A model generated the notes under the pieces. That model ran no database searches. It saw nothing but the letters and a program-made list of their open reading frames with translations, and had not been told where the DNA came from. Below, one piece after another: positions 1 through 10,303 of a stretch of DNA of 41,472 bases. Where the stretch lies: NCBI GenBank assembly GCA_024639555.1, contig JAHEID010000002.1, positions 1 to 41,472 on the forward strand, read 5' to 3'. Position numbers and translations under genes: made by a program. Source of the DNA: Deltaproteobacteria bacterium. Its GTDB lineage: Bacteria; Desulfobacterota; Desulfobulbia; Desulfobulbales; BM004. The stretch's first letter is position 1. Every line of letters starts with the position of its first letter.

Positions 1-248
1 CTGGCCATGAAACAGTTTTTGCCCTGACCGTGCACAAGAGTCAGGGGTCTGAATTTAACCGGGTGCTGCTCATCCTGCCGGACCGGGACTCCCCGCTCCT
101 GACAAGGGAACTGCTTTACACAGCCATAACCAGAAGCAGAGAAAAGGTGGAGATCTGGGGCAGAAAATCAATATTTGTCTCTGCTGTAAAACGCCGAATC
201 AAAAGAACATCGGGGTTGGCGGAAGCTCTCTGGGGAGGAGACCTGTAA
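1..248 (+). CDS. recD: Exodeoxyribonuclease V alpha subunit (RecD), C-terminal fragment; 5' end lies outside the window
   Basis: Frame 3 is open from position 3 and reads GHETVFALTVHKSQGSEFNRVLLILPDRDSPLLTRELLYTAITRSRE. This is the SF1 helicase motif V/VI region typical of the RecD C-terminus. Stop at 246-248. Confidence 0.85.
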   Translation, partial: GHETVFALTVHKSQGSEFNRVLLILPDRDSPLLTRELLYTAITRSREKVEIWGRKSIFVSAVKRRIKRTSGLAEALWGGDL

Positions 249-427
249 TGTTTATACCTTACGTTGGAGCTTCCCGGCAGCTACTTGCACCCGCACAGCG
301 TGATCTGCCTGTACTATCATGACGCACGAATCTTTATTAATCAAATTCGCTCACTTATGCCCTGCTGTCAAGGGTGCTGATCACCCTGCAGATAAGCGCA
401 GACTTTAAAGCGTGGGGAATACGCACC

Positions 428-1003
428 CTAATCATATTCACCTGCGATAATATCCTGCAAAGATCGCTTTGGCACATGGTGTACCTGGGCAGCATCGCGC
501 CAGTACTTGATATCCGCATCTGGTCCCTGTTCATTGAGAGAGACCGTTTCAGCAGGTTTGCCCAATGCTATAACCAGGAGAACCTGCAAATGGTCATCGA
601 GCTCCAACACATCACGCAACCTGGGCGAAAGCGAAGCGATGCGGCAGCCGCCCAGGCCCTTTTCAGCAGCGCCAAGCAATAGATTCTGGGTTGCTATGCC
701 AAGATCACAGTCAGCCTCTTTGCTCAAACGAGTGTCAAGGAGGCAGACTATATACGCTGCAGGCCTTTCCCCTTCTTTTGGTCCGCTCCATTCTTTTAAA
801 TAACCTGCCCAGCCAAGATGCGGAAATATTTTTGCCCTAACCGCAGGAGTATTTACAAGCACATATTTTAACGGCTGCACGTTTCTGGCAGATCCTCCCA
901 GGCGTGCCAGATCAACGAGATATCTCAGGGTCTCCATTGCTATTGGCTCCTCTTCAACAAAACGCCTGAAACTCCTTGTTTTCCGGATCAAATCATAGAG
1001 CAT
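428..1003 (-). CDS. Nitroreductase family protein (191 aa)
   Basis: MLYDLIRKTRSFRRF... and NVQPLKYVLV are nitroreductase-fold signatures. ATG at 1003 follows AGGAGG 7 nt upstream, so it is preferred over the TTG at 1036 used by the ORF track. Confidence 0.8.
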   Translation of the reverse strand: MLYDLIRKTRSFRRFVEEEPIAMETLRYLVDLARLGGSARNVQPLKYVLVNTPAVRAKIFPHLGWAGYLKEWSGPKEGERPAAYIVCLLDTRLSKEADCDLGIATQNLLLGAAEKGLGGCRIASLSPRLRDVLELDDHLQVLLVIALGKPAETVSLNEQGPDADIKYWRDAAQVHHVPKRSLQDIIAGEYD

Positions 1004-1310
1004 ACCTATTCCTCCTGAACATTTCCCAGCAGACAACCGACATGACTTATTTGCAATTTATTGCTCACCTGCTGTGAAAAATACCATTTTGATGGATATC
1101 CTAACACAGTGTATTCAGTGAAGCAAAAGTGCCAGAGGAGGATTTTTTACCATTATTTTTAAAAAAAATTTTTCTTCTCTTGTAAAATTTCCTAATAAGT
1201 TGTTTTAATTAGTATTGATAGCTGTTTTATCTATGAAGTATTAAGTCAGTTTTAGGCAATTCTTTCTCAAAAACATGCTTGCCATACTGTAACAATTCAG
1301 TGAAACACTT

Positions 1311-2102
1311 ATGGGAGATGTAATTCAATTTTTACGCTGGCAGGATATAGTTGATATTCTGCTGGTATCTTTCATCATCTACCGCACCATACTTCTCATC
1401 AGGGGAACACGGGCTGTGCAGATGCTGATTGGTATTGCTGTTCTCATCGTCATTTATTTCGGCGCCAGGGAGCTTGAACTGCTTACTCTTTACTGGCTGC
1501 TCAGGACCCTGCTGAGTTCCATCTTTCTCATCATCATAATTGTTTTTCAAGGGGATATCAGGCGGGCTCTCACGCAGGTCGGTAAAACACCGTTCTCCAA
1601 AACCTATGACGATGCACTGCAAAACACCATTCAGGTTGTAGTGGCGAGTGCGCGCTACCTTTCCAGGCGGAGAATCGGTGCCCTTATTGTCATTGAACGG
1701 GAAACCGGTTTGCGGGATTATATTGAATCCGGACACAAGGTGAACGCCAATCTCACAACTGAGTTGCTGGTAAGCCTTTTTCTTCCGTCATCGCCCCTGC
1801 ATGACGGTGGTGTCATCATCTATAACAACCGCATTCAGACTGCCGGCTGCCTCCTGCCTTTGACCAAAAATCCATATATAAACAAGCGCTACGGCACCAG
1901 GCACCGTGCCGCCATTGGTCTTTCAGAGGAAACCGATGCCGTCATCGTGGTTATTTCAGAAGAGACCCAGGAAATCTCTCTTGTCCAGCATGGCTCCATT
2001 ACCACTGTTTCTGATGAAACGGTTTTATTAAATAAACTTGAAGAAATTTTTATACCGAAGGATTACCAGCCTCACCTATGGAAAAACTGGTTCGCAAAAT
2101 AA
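1311..2102 (+). CDS. cdaA: Diadenylate cyclase CdaA (three N-terminal TM helices plus DisA_N/DAC domain)
   Basis: Hydrophobic N-terminus is followed by SPLHDGGVIIYNN and YGTRHRAAIGLSEETDAVIVVISEE, which are DAC-domain motifs. Confidence 0.9.
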   Translation: MGDVIQFLRWQDIVDILLVSFIIYRTILLIRGTRAVQMLIGIAVLIVIYFGARELELLTLYWLLRTLLSSIFLIIIIVFQGDIRRALTQVGKTPFSKTYDDALQNTIQVVVASARYLSRRRIGALIVIERETGLRDYIESGHKVNANLTTELLVSLFLPSSPLHDGGVIIYNNRIQTAGCLLPLTKNPYINKRYGTRHRAAIGLSEETDAVIVVISEETQEISLVQHGSITTVSDETVLLNKLEEIFIPKDYQPHLWKNWFAK

Positions 2103-3067
2103 TAGATAACTTCTCTTCAGTTCGGAGGCCTAAAAACTGGGTGCTGAAACTGGTCTCCCTGCTCTTTGCCCTTTTTCTCTGGTATTTTGTGGTTGGGGAG
2201 GACAAAGTGGATATGAACGTCACCATCCCTGTCGAAATTGTCAACCTGCCGCGTGATCTTGTTATTTCGAACCAGTTCAAAAAGCAGCTGGAAGTGACAA
2301 TCAGCGGACAGCGCAGTCTCATCCGCGGCATGACCTCGCAGCATATCAGCAGGACTATCGATCTTTCAAAGGCCTCGCCCGGTACAGTTGTTATCCAGAA
2401 TCACCTTGATTCCATTAAACTTCCCCGTGGCTTAAGCATACTGCGGGTGCAGCCGCCGACCATTACCCTTCTGCTTGATCGTTTGATACAAAAAGAACTG
2501 CCGATCAAGCCCATACTTGTCGGCAAGGTTCATAACAGTTACAAGCTGCAGACGGTGACAGCGGATCCTCCGACCCTTGAAATCAGCGGACCGCAATCCA
2601 TACTGGGAGCTGAACAGGATCTTCGTACCAGCCCCATTGACATTAATGGCCTGAACGGATCTGCAGTGAAACAGGTTCCTCTTGCCTTAAAACCCGCACT
2701 AGCTGACCTTATTGGTGAGCCGGTGGTCGCTGTCCGCTTAAATATTGTTGAATTGAACCAGGAAATGGAATTTGCTGACATCCAGGTAGAAATTAAAAGT
2801 GATGCAGAAACACAAACAGGTCAAATTTACCAGCTCCTGCCTCCAACGATCTCCATAACCGCTGAAATTCCTCTGAAAATGGCCCAGGCAACTAAAGATA
2901 TCAGGGGCCTTTTTCATGCCGAAATCTCACCTGAAACACTGCAGGCCGGAAGCTTTGAGCTGAAAGTTCTCGTCGAGACTCCTCCAAAAGTAAAGATTAT
3001 TGCAATAAAACCGGAAACTGTAACCCTGAAAATCAGCCAAACCAGGCCGCTCAAGATCAAGCCATGA
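2078..3067 (+). CDS. cdaR: CdaR / YbbR-domain regulator of CdaA
   Basis: N-terminal TM segment is followed by repeated YbbR-like beta-rich modules. It overlaps the cdaA stop by 25 nt and the glmM start by 4 nt (ATGA). Its position between cdaA and glmM is canonical. Confidence 0.75.
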   Translation: MEKLVRKIIDNFSSVRRPKNWVLKLVSLLFALFLWYFVVGEDKVDMNVTIPVEIVNLPRDLVISNQFKKQLEVTISGQRSLIRGMTSQHISRTIDLSKASPGTVVIQNHLDSIKLPRGLSILRVQPPTITLLLDRLIQKELPIKPILVGKVHNSYKLQTVTADPPTLEISGPQSILGAEQDLRTSPIDINGLNGSAVKQVPLALKPALADLIGEPVVAVRLNIVELNQEMEFADIQVEIKSDAETQTGQIYQLLPPTISITAEIPLKMAQATKDIRGLFHAEISPETLQAGSFELKVLVETPPKVKIIAIKPETVTLKISQTRPLKIKP

Positions 3068-4428
3068 GAAAACTTTTTGGGACAGACGGTGTCCGTGGGG
3101 TTGCTAATACCTATCCCATGACCACCGAAATAGCCATGCAGCTCGGTAGGGCAATCGCCTTTCTGGTCAAAAAGCAGGTGCCGGACAAGGATCATAACCC
3201 GCGTATAGTTATCGGCAAGGACACCCGGCTCTCAGGCTACATGATCGAGAACGCACTGGCCTCCGGCATCTGTTCCATGGGGGTAAATGTGCTCCTCGTC
3301 GGCCCTCTGCCGACTCCCGGGATTGCCTTTATCACAACCAGCATGCGTGCTGATGCCGGTGTTGTTATTTCAGCTTCTCATAATCCATTCCAGGATAATG
3401 GCATCAAGATATTTTCCAGGCACGGTTTTAAACTGCCGGATGAAGAAGAAATCATTATTGAAGATCTCATATTTTCAAAAAAAATCGACTCGTTACGACC
3501 CGTGGCAGAAGAGGTCGGCAAGGCTGTCCGTATTGATGATGCCAGGGGCCGCTATATAGTTTTCCTGAAAAACACCTTTCCGAAACGCTACACCCTGGAC
3601 GGCATACGCATCGTGCTTGACTGTGCCCACGGCGCCACCTATGGCGTGGCACCTCATGTTTTCGAAGAACTTGGGGCCAGGGTTACCAGCATCGGGGTGA
3701 AGCCCGACGGCAAGAATATTAATCAAGAATGTGGAGCTCTCTATCCAGATATTATGGCGGAACTGGTCCGCAAGGAAGGTGCTGATCTTGGTATCGCACT
3801 TGATGGTGATGGCGATCGGCTCATCGTAGCTGACGAGAAGGGTAAAATTGTTGATGGCGACCAGATAATGGCTATTTGCGCAGCAGAAATGCTTCAGCGC
3901 CAAAAACTTGCTAAAAACACATTGGTGGCAACCGTTATGAGCAACCTTGGGTTGGAACATGCCATGCAGCGCATGGGGGGAAAACTTATCCGGACCCAGG
4001 TCGGTGATCGTTATGTTGTAGAAGAAATGCGGCGAAACGCATACAATTTCGGGGGAGAGCAGTCAGGACATCTCATCTTTCTCAAGCATAACACAACAGG
4101 CGACGGTATACTGGGGGCCCTGCAACTCCTTATCGCCATGAAGAAAAAGGAACAAGCCCTCTCCGAGATGACGCAGATAATGGAACCCTTTCCCCAGGTG
4201 CTGAAAAATGTCCGCACTGAAAAAAGGATTGCCGTGGAGGAAATTGCAGGATTTTCAGACAAAATTGCCAGCATGGAAAAAAATCTCGGCGCCACGGGGC
4301 GCATTCTGGTGCGCCCATCTGGAACTGAACCGGTTATCAGGGTCATGGTCGAAGGTGAAGATGAGAATCAGATTGATACCATGGCCTGTGAACTCTGTGA
4401 TTTTATCAGTAAACTGGCAGGCTGCTAA
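3064..4428 (+). CDS. glmM: Phosphoglucosamine mutase
   Basis: [15 protein letters not shown] start, phosphoserine loop [16 protein letters not shown], metal loop [11 protein letters not shown], 454 aa. Confidence 0.95.
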   Translation: MRKLFGTDGVRGVANTYPMTTEIAMQLGRAIAFLVKKQVPDKDHNPRIVIGKDTRLSGYMIENALASGICSMGVNVLLVGPLPTPGIAFITTSMRADAGVVISASHNPFQDNGIKIFSRHGFKLPDEEEIIIEDLIFSKKIDSLRPVAEEVGKAVRIDDARGRYIVFLKNTFPKRYTLDGIRIVLDCAHGATYGVAPHVFEELGARVTSIGVKPDGKNINQECGALYPDIMAELVRKEGADLGIALDGDGDRLIVADEKGKIVDGDQIMAICAAEMLQRQKLAKNTLVATVMSNLGLEHAMQRMGGKLIRTQVGDRYVVEEMRRNAYNFGGEQSGHLIFLKHNTTGDGILGALQLLIAMKKKEQALSEMTQIMEPFPQVLKNVRTEKRIAVEEIAGFSDKIASMEKNLGATGRILVRPSGTEPVIRVMVEGEDENQIDTMACELCDFISKLAGC

Positions 4429-4529
4429 CCCGGAAAATTCACATGTTGGGGTTGCCGATTCTGCAGAAAGACTGATGTGCGCTATACTCTCGTATGCGAA
4501 GCTCATCATAAATAAGCCATGCCGCATCC

Positions 4530-5711
4530 TTACCTGACACCTGCCAAGGCCTTCTGAAAAGCTCCTGCCGATCGTTCTATTACAGCATCATCAACGCAAA
4601 ACGCCAGCCTGAAGTATCCAGGGGTCCCGAAGCCCCTGCCGGGCACGGCGAGGATCTTCTGTTCCCGCAGTTTGCCGACAAACTCTGCATCATCAGCTAT
4701 GGGGGATTTAGGAAAGATATAGAAAGCGCCCTTGGGCGGCATAAATTCGTAGCCTGCGTCTGCAAGAATTTTGCAAAATTTTTCCCGCCGCCTTGTATAA
4801 ATAGTGTTGTCAACTGATGCACCCTGCAACTCAGCCACAACCCGCTGCATAAGAGCCGGGGCATTAACAAAACCCAAAATGCGGTTTGCCAGGGTCAATG
4901 CCTCTGTCAGAGACGCTTTTTCGGCAATTTGAGGATGAAGTGCTATATAGCCGATTCTTTCACCGGGCAGTGACAGGTCCTTTGAATAGGAGGACACCAC
5001 TATGCTGTTCTCATAAGCCTGCATGATACTCGGCACTTCATTGTTATCAAACACTATCTTCCTGTAGGGTTCATCTGCGACAAGAAAGATTGTGCTTGAA
5101 AACCTCTGGGAGGCTGCAGCCATGGCCCTGCCCAATTCCGCCAGGGACTCTTTCGGGTAGATCTGTCCTGTCGGGTTGTTGGGGCTGTTGATGATTATTG
5201 CCTTAGTTTTTTCATTGAGAGCTGCAGTAATTGCCTCTAAATTTAAATCAAAATTGTCGTCCGTGCTCACAACCCTGCTGACTCCCCCATGATTGTCGAT
5301 GTAAAATTTATACTCCACAAAAAACGGTGCCAGGATAATGACCTCGTCTCCCGGGTCAAGCAGGGCTTTCAGGGTTACATTAAGCCCGCCGGCTGCGCCA
5401 CAGGTCATCAGCATTTCATTGGCAGAAAGGTTCACTCCCTGTTCTCTTGAAATACGGGCTGACACCGCCTCCCTGACAAAGGGATAACCGCCGTTGGGCA
5501 TATAGGCATGGGAGCCGGGGCTGTCTTTTTCAGCCAGCTGTAACAGTGTTTTCTGAAATTCCGGGGGAGGGGGCAGATCCGGGTTGCCGAGGCTGAAGTC
5601 AAAAATATTTTCAGCCCCAAATTCAGCCTTCAGTCTGGCACCCTCTTCAAACATCTTGCGGATCCAGGAAGCACTCTTGGCAAACTCATTCATTTTTTTT
5701 GAAATGGCCAT
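4530..5711 (-). CDS. PLP-dependent aminotransferase, class I/II (aspartate/alanine aminotransferase-like)
   Basis: 393 aa. SYSKDLSLPGERIGY contains the PLP-lysine motif, and NSPNNPTG is the family motif. Confidence 0.85.
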   Translation of the reverse strand: MAISKKMNEFAKSASWIRKMFEEGARLKAEFGAENIFDFSLGNPDLPPPPEFQKTLLQLAEKDSPGSHAYMPNGGYPFVREAVSARISREQGVNLSANEMLMTCGAAGGLNVTLKALLDPGDEVIILAPFFVEYKFYIDNHGGVSRVVSTDDNFDLNLEAITAALNEKTKAIIINSPNNPTGQIYPKESLAELGRAMAAASQRFSSTIFLVADEPYRKIVFDNNEVPSIMQAYENSIVVSSYSKDLSLPGERIGYIALHPQIAEKASLTEALTLANRILGFVNAPALMQRVVAELQGASVDNTIYTRRREKFCKILADAGYEFMPPKGAFYIFPKSPIADDAEFVGKLREQKILAVPGRGFGTPGYFRLAFCVDDAVIERSAGAFQKALAGVR

Positions 5712-5930
5712 TTTTCCTCCAGTTTTTTTTTGATTTTATTGCTCTCTCGATTTTGAAACTTTCCTTAAATCTTATATGCCTCCTTCTCTTGTTGGGTCAA
5801 TATCCTTTCCAAAGCAGGAGAGAAGATGATTCCTTACGCTGGCGAACAATTTACCTGAGTGTCCTTAGGAACCATAAAACCTTTTAGCAAAAAAGCGGCT
5901 CTTTTCCAACTGCAGGTATGCAAGTCATTT

Positions 5931-6755
5931 TTATTGGGCGAATTTTTTTTTCATAAATTCATAGGCATTATTGATCTCTTTCATTTTTTCTTCAGCTATT
6001 TTTTTAAACTCCGCTCCAAGGTGGGCTACCTTGTCCGGATGATATTGCATACTCAACTTCCGGTAGGCCGCCTTAATGTCAGCAAAGCTTGCGTCGTCTG
6101 TCAGTCCAAGAATTGCATAATATTTATCCGCAGAAACTCCTTCAGCCTCTGTTGCCGCCCGGAATCCGGCTTTATATCTTGCTCCAATGGATCTTTGATC
6201 ATAGGCCGAAATGCCTAAATAATTGCCTATATTTTCAGCCAGCAGCAACTCTTCCTGCGTTACCGCTTCATTGGAGTAGAGGACCTGATAGATGAGCTCC
6301 AAGAGTATCAGCCTGGGCTCATAGGCGAATTTCTGTCTGAATTCCTGCAGCAGTGAATCCAGACTGGCGGTAGATACCAGCGCCTCCTTGATGAGTTCCT
6401 TTATCCAGTAAAGTTGATTTTGTGAATAACGCAGGTTGTATTGAAAGAAATGCCGGATTGTTTTGACTTCATCCCGGCTGACCTTGCCGTCAACCTGGGC
6501 TATCTTTACCAGGATATTAACCAGCAGGTGAACAAATGTGTTGTGGGTCTCGGATTGGGACCTCTCATAGGCGCTGATCTGGCGTTTGACATAAAAGGTA
6601 AAGGCCCAGAAGGCCCCAATACCGCTGAGCAGAATAAAAAGAATGAGAAAAGCAAGCAGCCCCAGGGCCTTGACCCCGCCTAAAAGAAAGATCAGAAGGA
6701 GCAGGAGCAGAAAGCAGCCGCCGCAACCAGGCTGTTCGTGTCGTCTATATTCCAT
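5931..6755 (-). CDS. djlA: DjlA-like membrane co-chaperone (N-terminal TM, TerB-like domain, C-terminal J domain)
   Basis: Hydrophobic N-terminus. C-terminal J domain YYAILGLTDDASFADIKAAYRKLSMQYHPDK contains the HPD motif. Confidence 0.75.
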   Translation of the reverse strand: MEYRRHEQPGCGGCFLLLLLLIFLLGGVKALGLLAFLILFILLSGIGAFWAFTFYVKRQISAYERSQSETHNTFVHLLVNILVKIAQVDGKVSRDEVKTIRHFFQYNLRYSQNQLYWIKELIKEALVSTASLDSLLQEFRQKFAYEPRLILLELIYQVLYSNEAVTQEELLLAENIGNYLGISAYDQRSIGARYKAGFRAATEAEGVSADKYYAILGLTDDASFADIKAAYRKLSMQYHPDKVAHLGAEFKKIAEEKMKEINNAYEFMKKKFAQ

Positions 6756-6801
6756 ACGATATCAGAACTCTATTATCAAAAATTTCACTCAATATATTTG
6801 T

Positions 6802-7926
6802 TTACAGGTGGTGATCATTGGCAAAAAGGGCCTCGATAAATTCACCCGGATCAAATTCACGCAGATCCTCAAGTTTTTCACCTATGCCTATAAACCTGAT
6901 GGGGATATTAAAATCATGGGAAATATGCACTACAATACCTCCCTTTGCTGTACCATCCAGCTTTGTCAGGGTCAGACCGGTGAGACCCACAACCTCGTTA
7001 AAAAGCCTGGCCTGGGAAATACTGTTCTGGCCGGTGGTGGCATCAAGGATAAGCATAATCTCATGGGGGGCGCCCTCCATCTTTTTGTTGATCACCCGTT
7101 TGATCTTTTTCAGCTCTTCCATCAGGTTTACTTTTGTATGCAGGCGTCCGGCCGTGTCGACAATTATGACATCAAAATCCCTGGAGGCCGCGTAATCAAG
7201 GGCATCATAGATAACTGAGGATGGATCGTCACCCTGCTGCTTTGCAACCACATCCGCACCTACCCGTTCCCCCCATACTTTCAGCTGATCAATGGCTGCA
7301 GCCCGAAAAGTATCTGCTGCCACGAGCAGAACCCGCTGGCCGGACTCGGTAAACTTATTGGCTATCTTGCCGATGGTGGTGGTCTTGCCAACCCCGTTGA
7401 CGCCGACCACCATGATGACAAATGGACCGGCTGCAGGCACTTGCATCCCTGTGTCGTCATAGCCTGCAAAAAAGCTCAGAATTCTCTCTTTCAGGGCAAG
7501 CTTCAAGGCCTGGGGGTCTTTGAGTTCCTTTCGTGACACCCTGTTGCGTATTTCATCAAGAAGGTCCAGGGTTGTATTAACGCCGAGGTCTGCTGTAATT
7601 AAAATTTCCTCGAGTTCATCAAGGAGTTCTGCATCAATTTCTTTCCTGCCAAGAAAGAGGTCATCGACCCTGCTCACCAGGGAATCCCGAGTCTTTGCCA
7701 GGCCCTCCTGCAAACGCCTGAACAGCCCTTTCTGGTTCTCCTGCGTCTGGTCCTGCATAACAGCTCCAGTACCTTGGCTTATAGCTTCTGCGCTATCCTC
7801 ATCACCCTCAGAAGCCGCTACTGCAGCCGCATCGTCTGTAAACTCCTGCTCTTGCGAGGATATCCCGGCAGATCCAGGCACAGGCTCTTCACTGCTCTTT
7901 TCCTTTTTTTTAAACCACCCTAGCAT
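6802..7926 (-). CDS. ftsY: Signal recognition particle receptor FtsY
   Basis: Acidic N-terminal region, then GVNGVGKTTTIGK (G1), DTAGRLH and TKLDG motifs. ATG at 7926 has GGAG 7 nt upstream and is preferred over the TTG at 7938. Confidence 0.93.
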   Translation of the reverse strand: MLGWFKKKEKSSEEPVPGSAGISSQEQEFTDDAAAVAASEGDEDSAEAISQGTGAVMQDQTQENQKGLFRRLQEGLAKTRDSLVSRVDDLFLGRKEIDAELLDELEEILITADLGVNTTLDLLDEIRNRVSRKELKDPQALKLALKERILSFFAGYDDTGMQVPAAGPFVIMVVGVNGVGKTTTIGKIANKFTESGQRVLLVAADTFRAAAIDQLKVWGERVGADVVAKQQGDDPSSVIYDALDYAASRDFDVIIVDTAGRLHTKVNLMEELKKIKRVINKKMEGAPHEIMLILDATTGQNSISQARLFNEVVGLTGLTLTKLDGTAKGGIVVHISHDFNIPIRFIGIGEKLEDLREFDPGEFIEALFANDHHL

Positions 7927-8035
7927 CGATAACTCCAAATAAAATTATGCTTGATGCCCAAAAATTTCCAGGGCAATAATGCTGTTTATAGCTGCTTGCA
8001 ACACCTTGAATACATGAGCTGAGAGCAATTGTGCC

Positions 8036-9772
8036 TCACGGATTCAAGAGCACTGACAGCCAGGTAAGCCCTGCAAGCAGGTAAAAAACCGTTTCCAGCC
8101 AAAATTCCATTCTTAACCCCTGGCTTATCCTGCCTTTGCAGTACATCTGGGTTAATCCGATAATATACAGTATACCCGGCAGCAGCCAGAATCCAACCTC
8201 TGACATGAGACCGAGCAACGGCATGAGCAGCAACAAAACAACCAGTAACCCCATTATAATACGCAGGATAAAGAGTGTTCTTTGTTCACCGATGCAGACA
8301 GGCAACGTCTCCTTGCCGACAATCCTGTCCCCCTGGACCTCAAAAACATCAAAAAGCGCATTTCTTACAAAAACAAGGAGCAGGATAAAAAACAGAACCG
8401 CCAAGGTCATCAGGTCCGGCTTATGAGCGTCGCTCCAGGCTGGAATAAGAGTTGTGATAAAGGCCCAGGCTACAGCCACGAAAAAGGTCTTGGAGCCTGG
8501 GATCTCTTTCAGGCCCCGCACCTTGATATAGGCGACCAGGGAACCGGGAATGACCTGCACAGAGTAAAAAATGCCAAAAATACTCATGCCTGTCAGGAGC
8601 AAAAAGGGCTTGAGGCCGTGTTCAAACACCAGCGTCAGCGCAAAAGCCAACGACAAGGCTGAAATGATAAGGAGCGGCCAGCGGTATTTCTCATAAAAAA
8701 GTGCACGCAGCGGGTCATTGAATTTTTGTACTTTTCTATCTGTAAAACGGTTGAGATTGTGCATGGCAAACAGATACAAAAAGCTGATCAGGAAATGGCT
8801 TGCCCTCGGTACAATGTTCTGCAGCCTTCCTGCAGTATAGGTGAGCGCGCCACCTGCAATGCTTACATAAATATTGGTCGCCAGAAGAAGCCAGAGCAGT
8901 TTGCTGCCGAACTGTCTCAGTTTGCCCTCGCCCTTGCTGGGCATTGCCTCTAATATCCTGACGACCCTGCCGATCATCCAGGTGGGGGTTGAGGCACCGG
9001 CAGTGACACCTACACATTCATACTTTGACAGTGCAGCAAGGTCCAGTTCATCCTCGGTTTCAACCAGAAACACAGGACAACCCCTACCCTCAGCAATCTC
9101 AGCCAGCCGTTTCGTATTGGCACTGCTTTTACCCCCAACCACGACCATCGCCTCTACTTCATTACAAAGACTGCGTACCTCTTCCTGACGTTTATGGGTT
9201 GCATCGCAAATGGTATTAAAAACCTTGCCGCCGGGGATCCGCTCCAGGACCATACTGCTCAGTTCTGCAAAGATTGTTTCATCCTGGGTTGTCTGACTTA
9301 CTATTATGTATGGTGCGTGGAGATCCAGGTTTTTTACATCCTCACGGTTGCTTACAACCCGGCCCAAACTCCCGGCAAATCCCATCAATCCTTCAACTTC
9401 AGCATGATTGCGGTCGCCGATAATAACGGTACCATATCCCTGCTTGAAGTATTTCTTGATTATAACTTGGACCTTGACCACGTGGGGACAGGTGGCATCC
9501 TTAATCGTGGCACCAGCTCTCTGGAGCTGTTCCTTGTGAACGGGTGGGACACCATGTGCCCGTATAATAACCGTGCCGGACTCTTTTTCAGGGATATCCT
9601 TGAGTATCTTCACGCCCCGCTCCCCCAAAAGATTGAGAACCTGGGGATTATGAATCAAAGGGCCAAAGGTTGATACACCTGTATCCTCTTTCTGGATAAC
9701 ATCCAGGGTAGTCTCCACGGCCCTTCTGACTCCCATGCAGAATCCGGCACTTTTTGCTAAAATTACTTTCAT
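8036..9772 (-). CDS. ispH: 4-hydroxy-3-methylbut-2-enyl diphosphate reductase (IspH/LytB) fused to a C-terminal UbiA-like polytopic membrane domain
   Basis: The first ~285 aa are a complete IspH with cluster cysteines in GFCMGV, ATCPHV and NTICDAT. The ORF continues without a stop into ~290 hydrophobic aa carrying NRFTDRKVQKFNDPLR and FDVFEVQGDRIVGKETLPV, which resemble the two UbiA-superfamily Asp-rich motifs. Confidence 0.8.
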   Translation of the reverse strand: MKVILAKSAGFCMGVRRAVETTLDVIQKEDTGVSTFGPLIHNPQVLNLLGERGVKILKDIPEKESGTVIIRAHGVPPVHKEQLQRAGATIKDATCPHVVKVQVIIKKYFKQGYGTVIIGDRNHAEVEGLMGFAGSLGRVVSNREDVKNLDLHAPYIIVSQTTQDETIFAELSSMVLERIPGGKVFNTICDATHKRQEEVRSLCNEVEAMVVVGGKSSANTKRLAEIAEGRGCPVFLVETEDELDLAALSKYECVGVTAGASTPTWMIGRVVRILEAMPSKGEGKLRQFGSKLLWLLLATNIYVSIAGGALTYTAGRLQNIVPRASHFLISFLYLFAMHNLNRFTDRKVQKFNDPLRALFYEKYRWPLLIISALSLAFALTLVFEHGLKPFLLLTGMSIFGIFYSVQVIPGSLVAYIKVRGLKEIPGSKTFFVAVAWAFITTLIPAWSDAHKPDLMTLAVLFFILLLVFVRNALFDVFEVQGDRIVGKETLPVCIGEQRTLFILRIIMGLLVVLLLLMPLLGLMSEVGFWLLPGILYIIGLTQMYCKGRISQGLRMEFWLETVFYLLAGLTWLSVLLNP

Positions 9773-10010
9773 TTCTTTTCAGACTAAACGCTTGAGGCCA
9801 GTCTGCAACCTCAAAACGGTATGCTTATGCTGTTGGATTTAATCAGGGACTGCGACTGGCTCTCTATATAAAAAAATGCATACTAATACAATAGCTCGAG
9901 AATTAAAACTACCGGAATGTTGCACGATGTATTATCAAATATATTTATGAAGTCTTGTTGCACACGGGTATAAATACTTAAAGATCAAACTCCAGGGGGA
10001 GGTTACAGCC

Positions 10011-10265
10011 ATGCTCGATAAAAAAGAACTTTGTGACAAAATCCAGCAGCTATACCCTGACATCGGAGAATGTGGCATTTATCTGACAGTTGATTATGAC
10101 AAGCGGCAGAATGCCTGGGTTGTTGATCTGAAAAAAGACAACCATGAATTGAAACACTTTTTCGAAAATCCTGACGCGAACGCATGTATGGCAGGTAAGC
10201 AGTGTGTTGCCTTGGGACTTGAAATTGCCCAGTTGGTGAAAAACATCAAGGGCAAGCAGTTTTAA
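10011..10265 (+). CDS. Conserved-looking small hypothetical protein (84 aa, 4 Cys)
   Basis: Strong RBS (GGGGGAGG 8 nt upstream of ATG). No overlapping competitor with function. Coding-like composition. Function unknown. Confidence 0.55.
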   Translation: MLDKKELCDKIQQLYPDIGECGIYLTVDYDKRQNAWVVDLKKDNHELKHFFENPDANACMAGKQCVALGLEIAQLVKNIKGKQF

Positions 10266-10303
10266 GATCATTAATTTCTTTTCTGTACTAAAAAAAGAGC
10301 CCC

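Noticed and set aside
374-803. Plus-strand ORFs 374-682 and 507-803.
   Set aside because: They overlap the minus-strand nitroreductase gene, which has family motifs and a strong RBS. The plus-strand translations have no recognisable features.
5760-5800. Sigma-54-like promoter matches: TGGAAAGGATATTGA on the minus strand upstream of the aminotransferase gene, and GGCACAATTGC near 8025-8035.
   Set aside because: The first has TTGA instead of the highly conserved TTGC at -12. The second has the wrong GG-to-GC spacing (9 instead of 12). This is not enough to call.
9917-9963. Direct repeat of tgttgcac (9917-9924 and 9956-9963) upstream of the small 84-aa ORF.
   Set aside because: There are only two 8-mers in an A/T-rich promoter region, and the spacing to nearby TATAAT-like boxes does not fit a sigma-70 promoter. 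Significance cannot be judged without genome-wide motif statistics.
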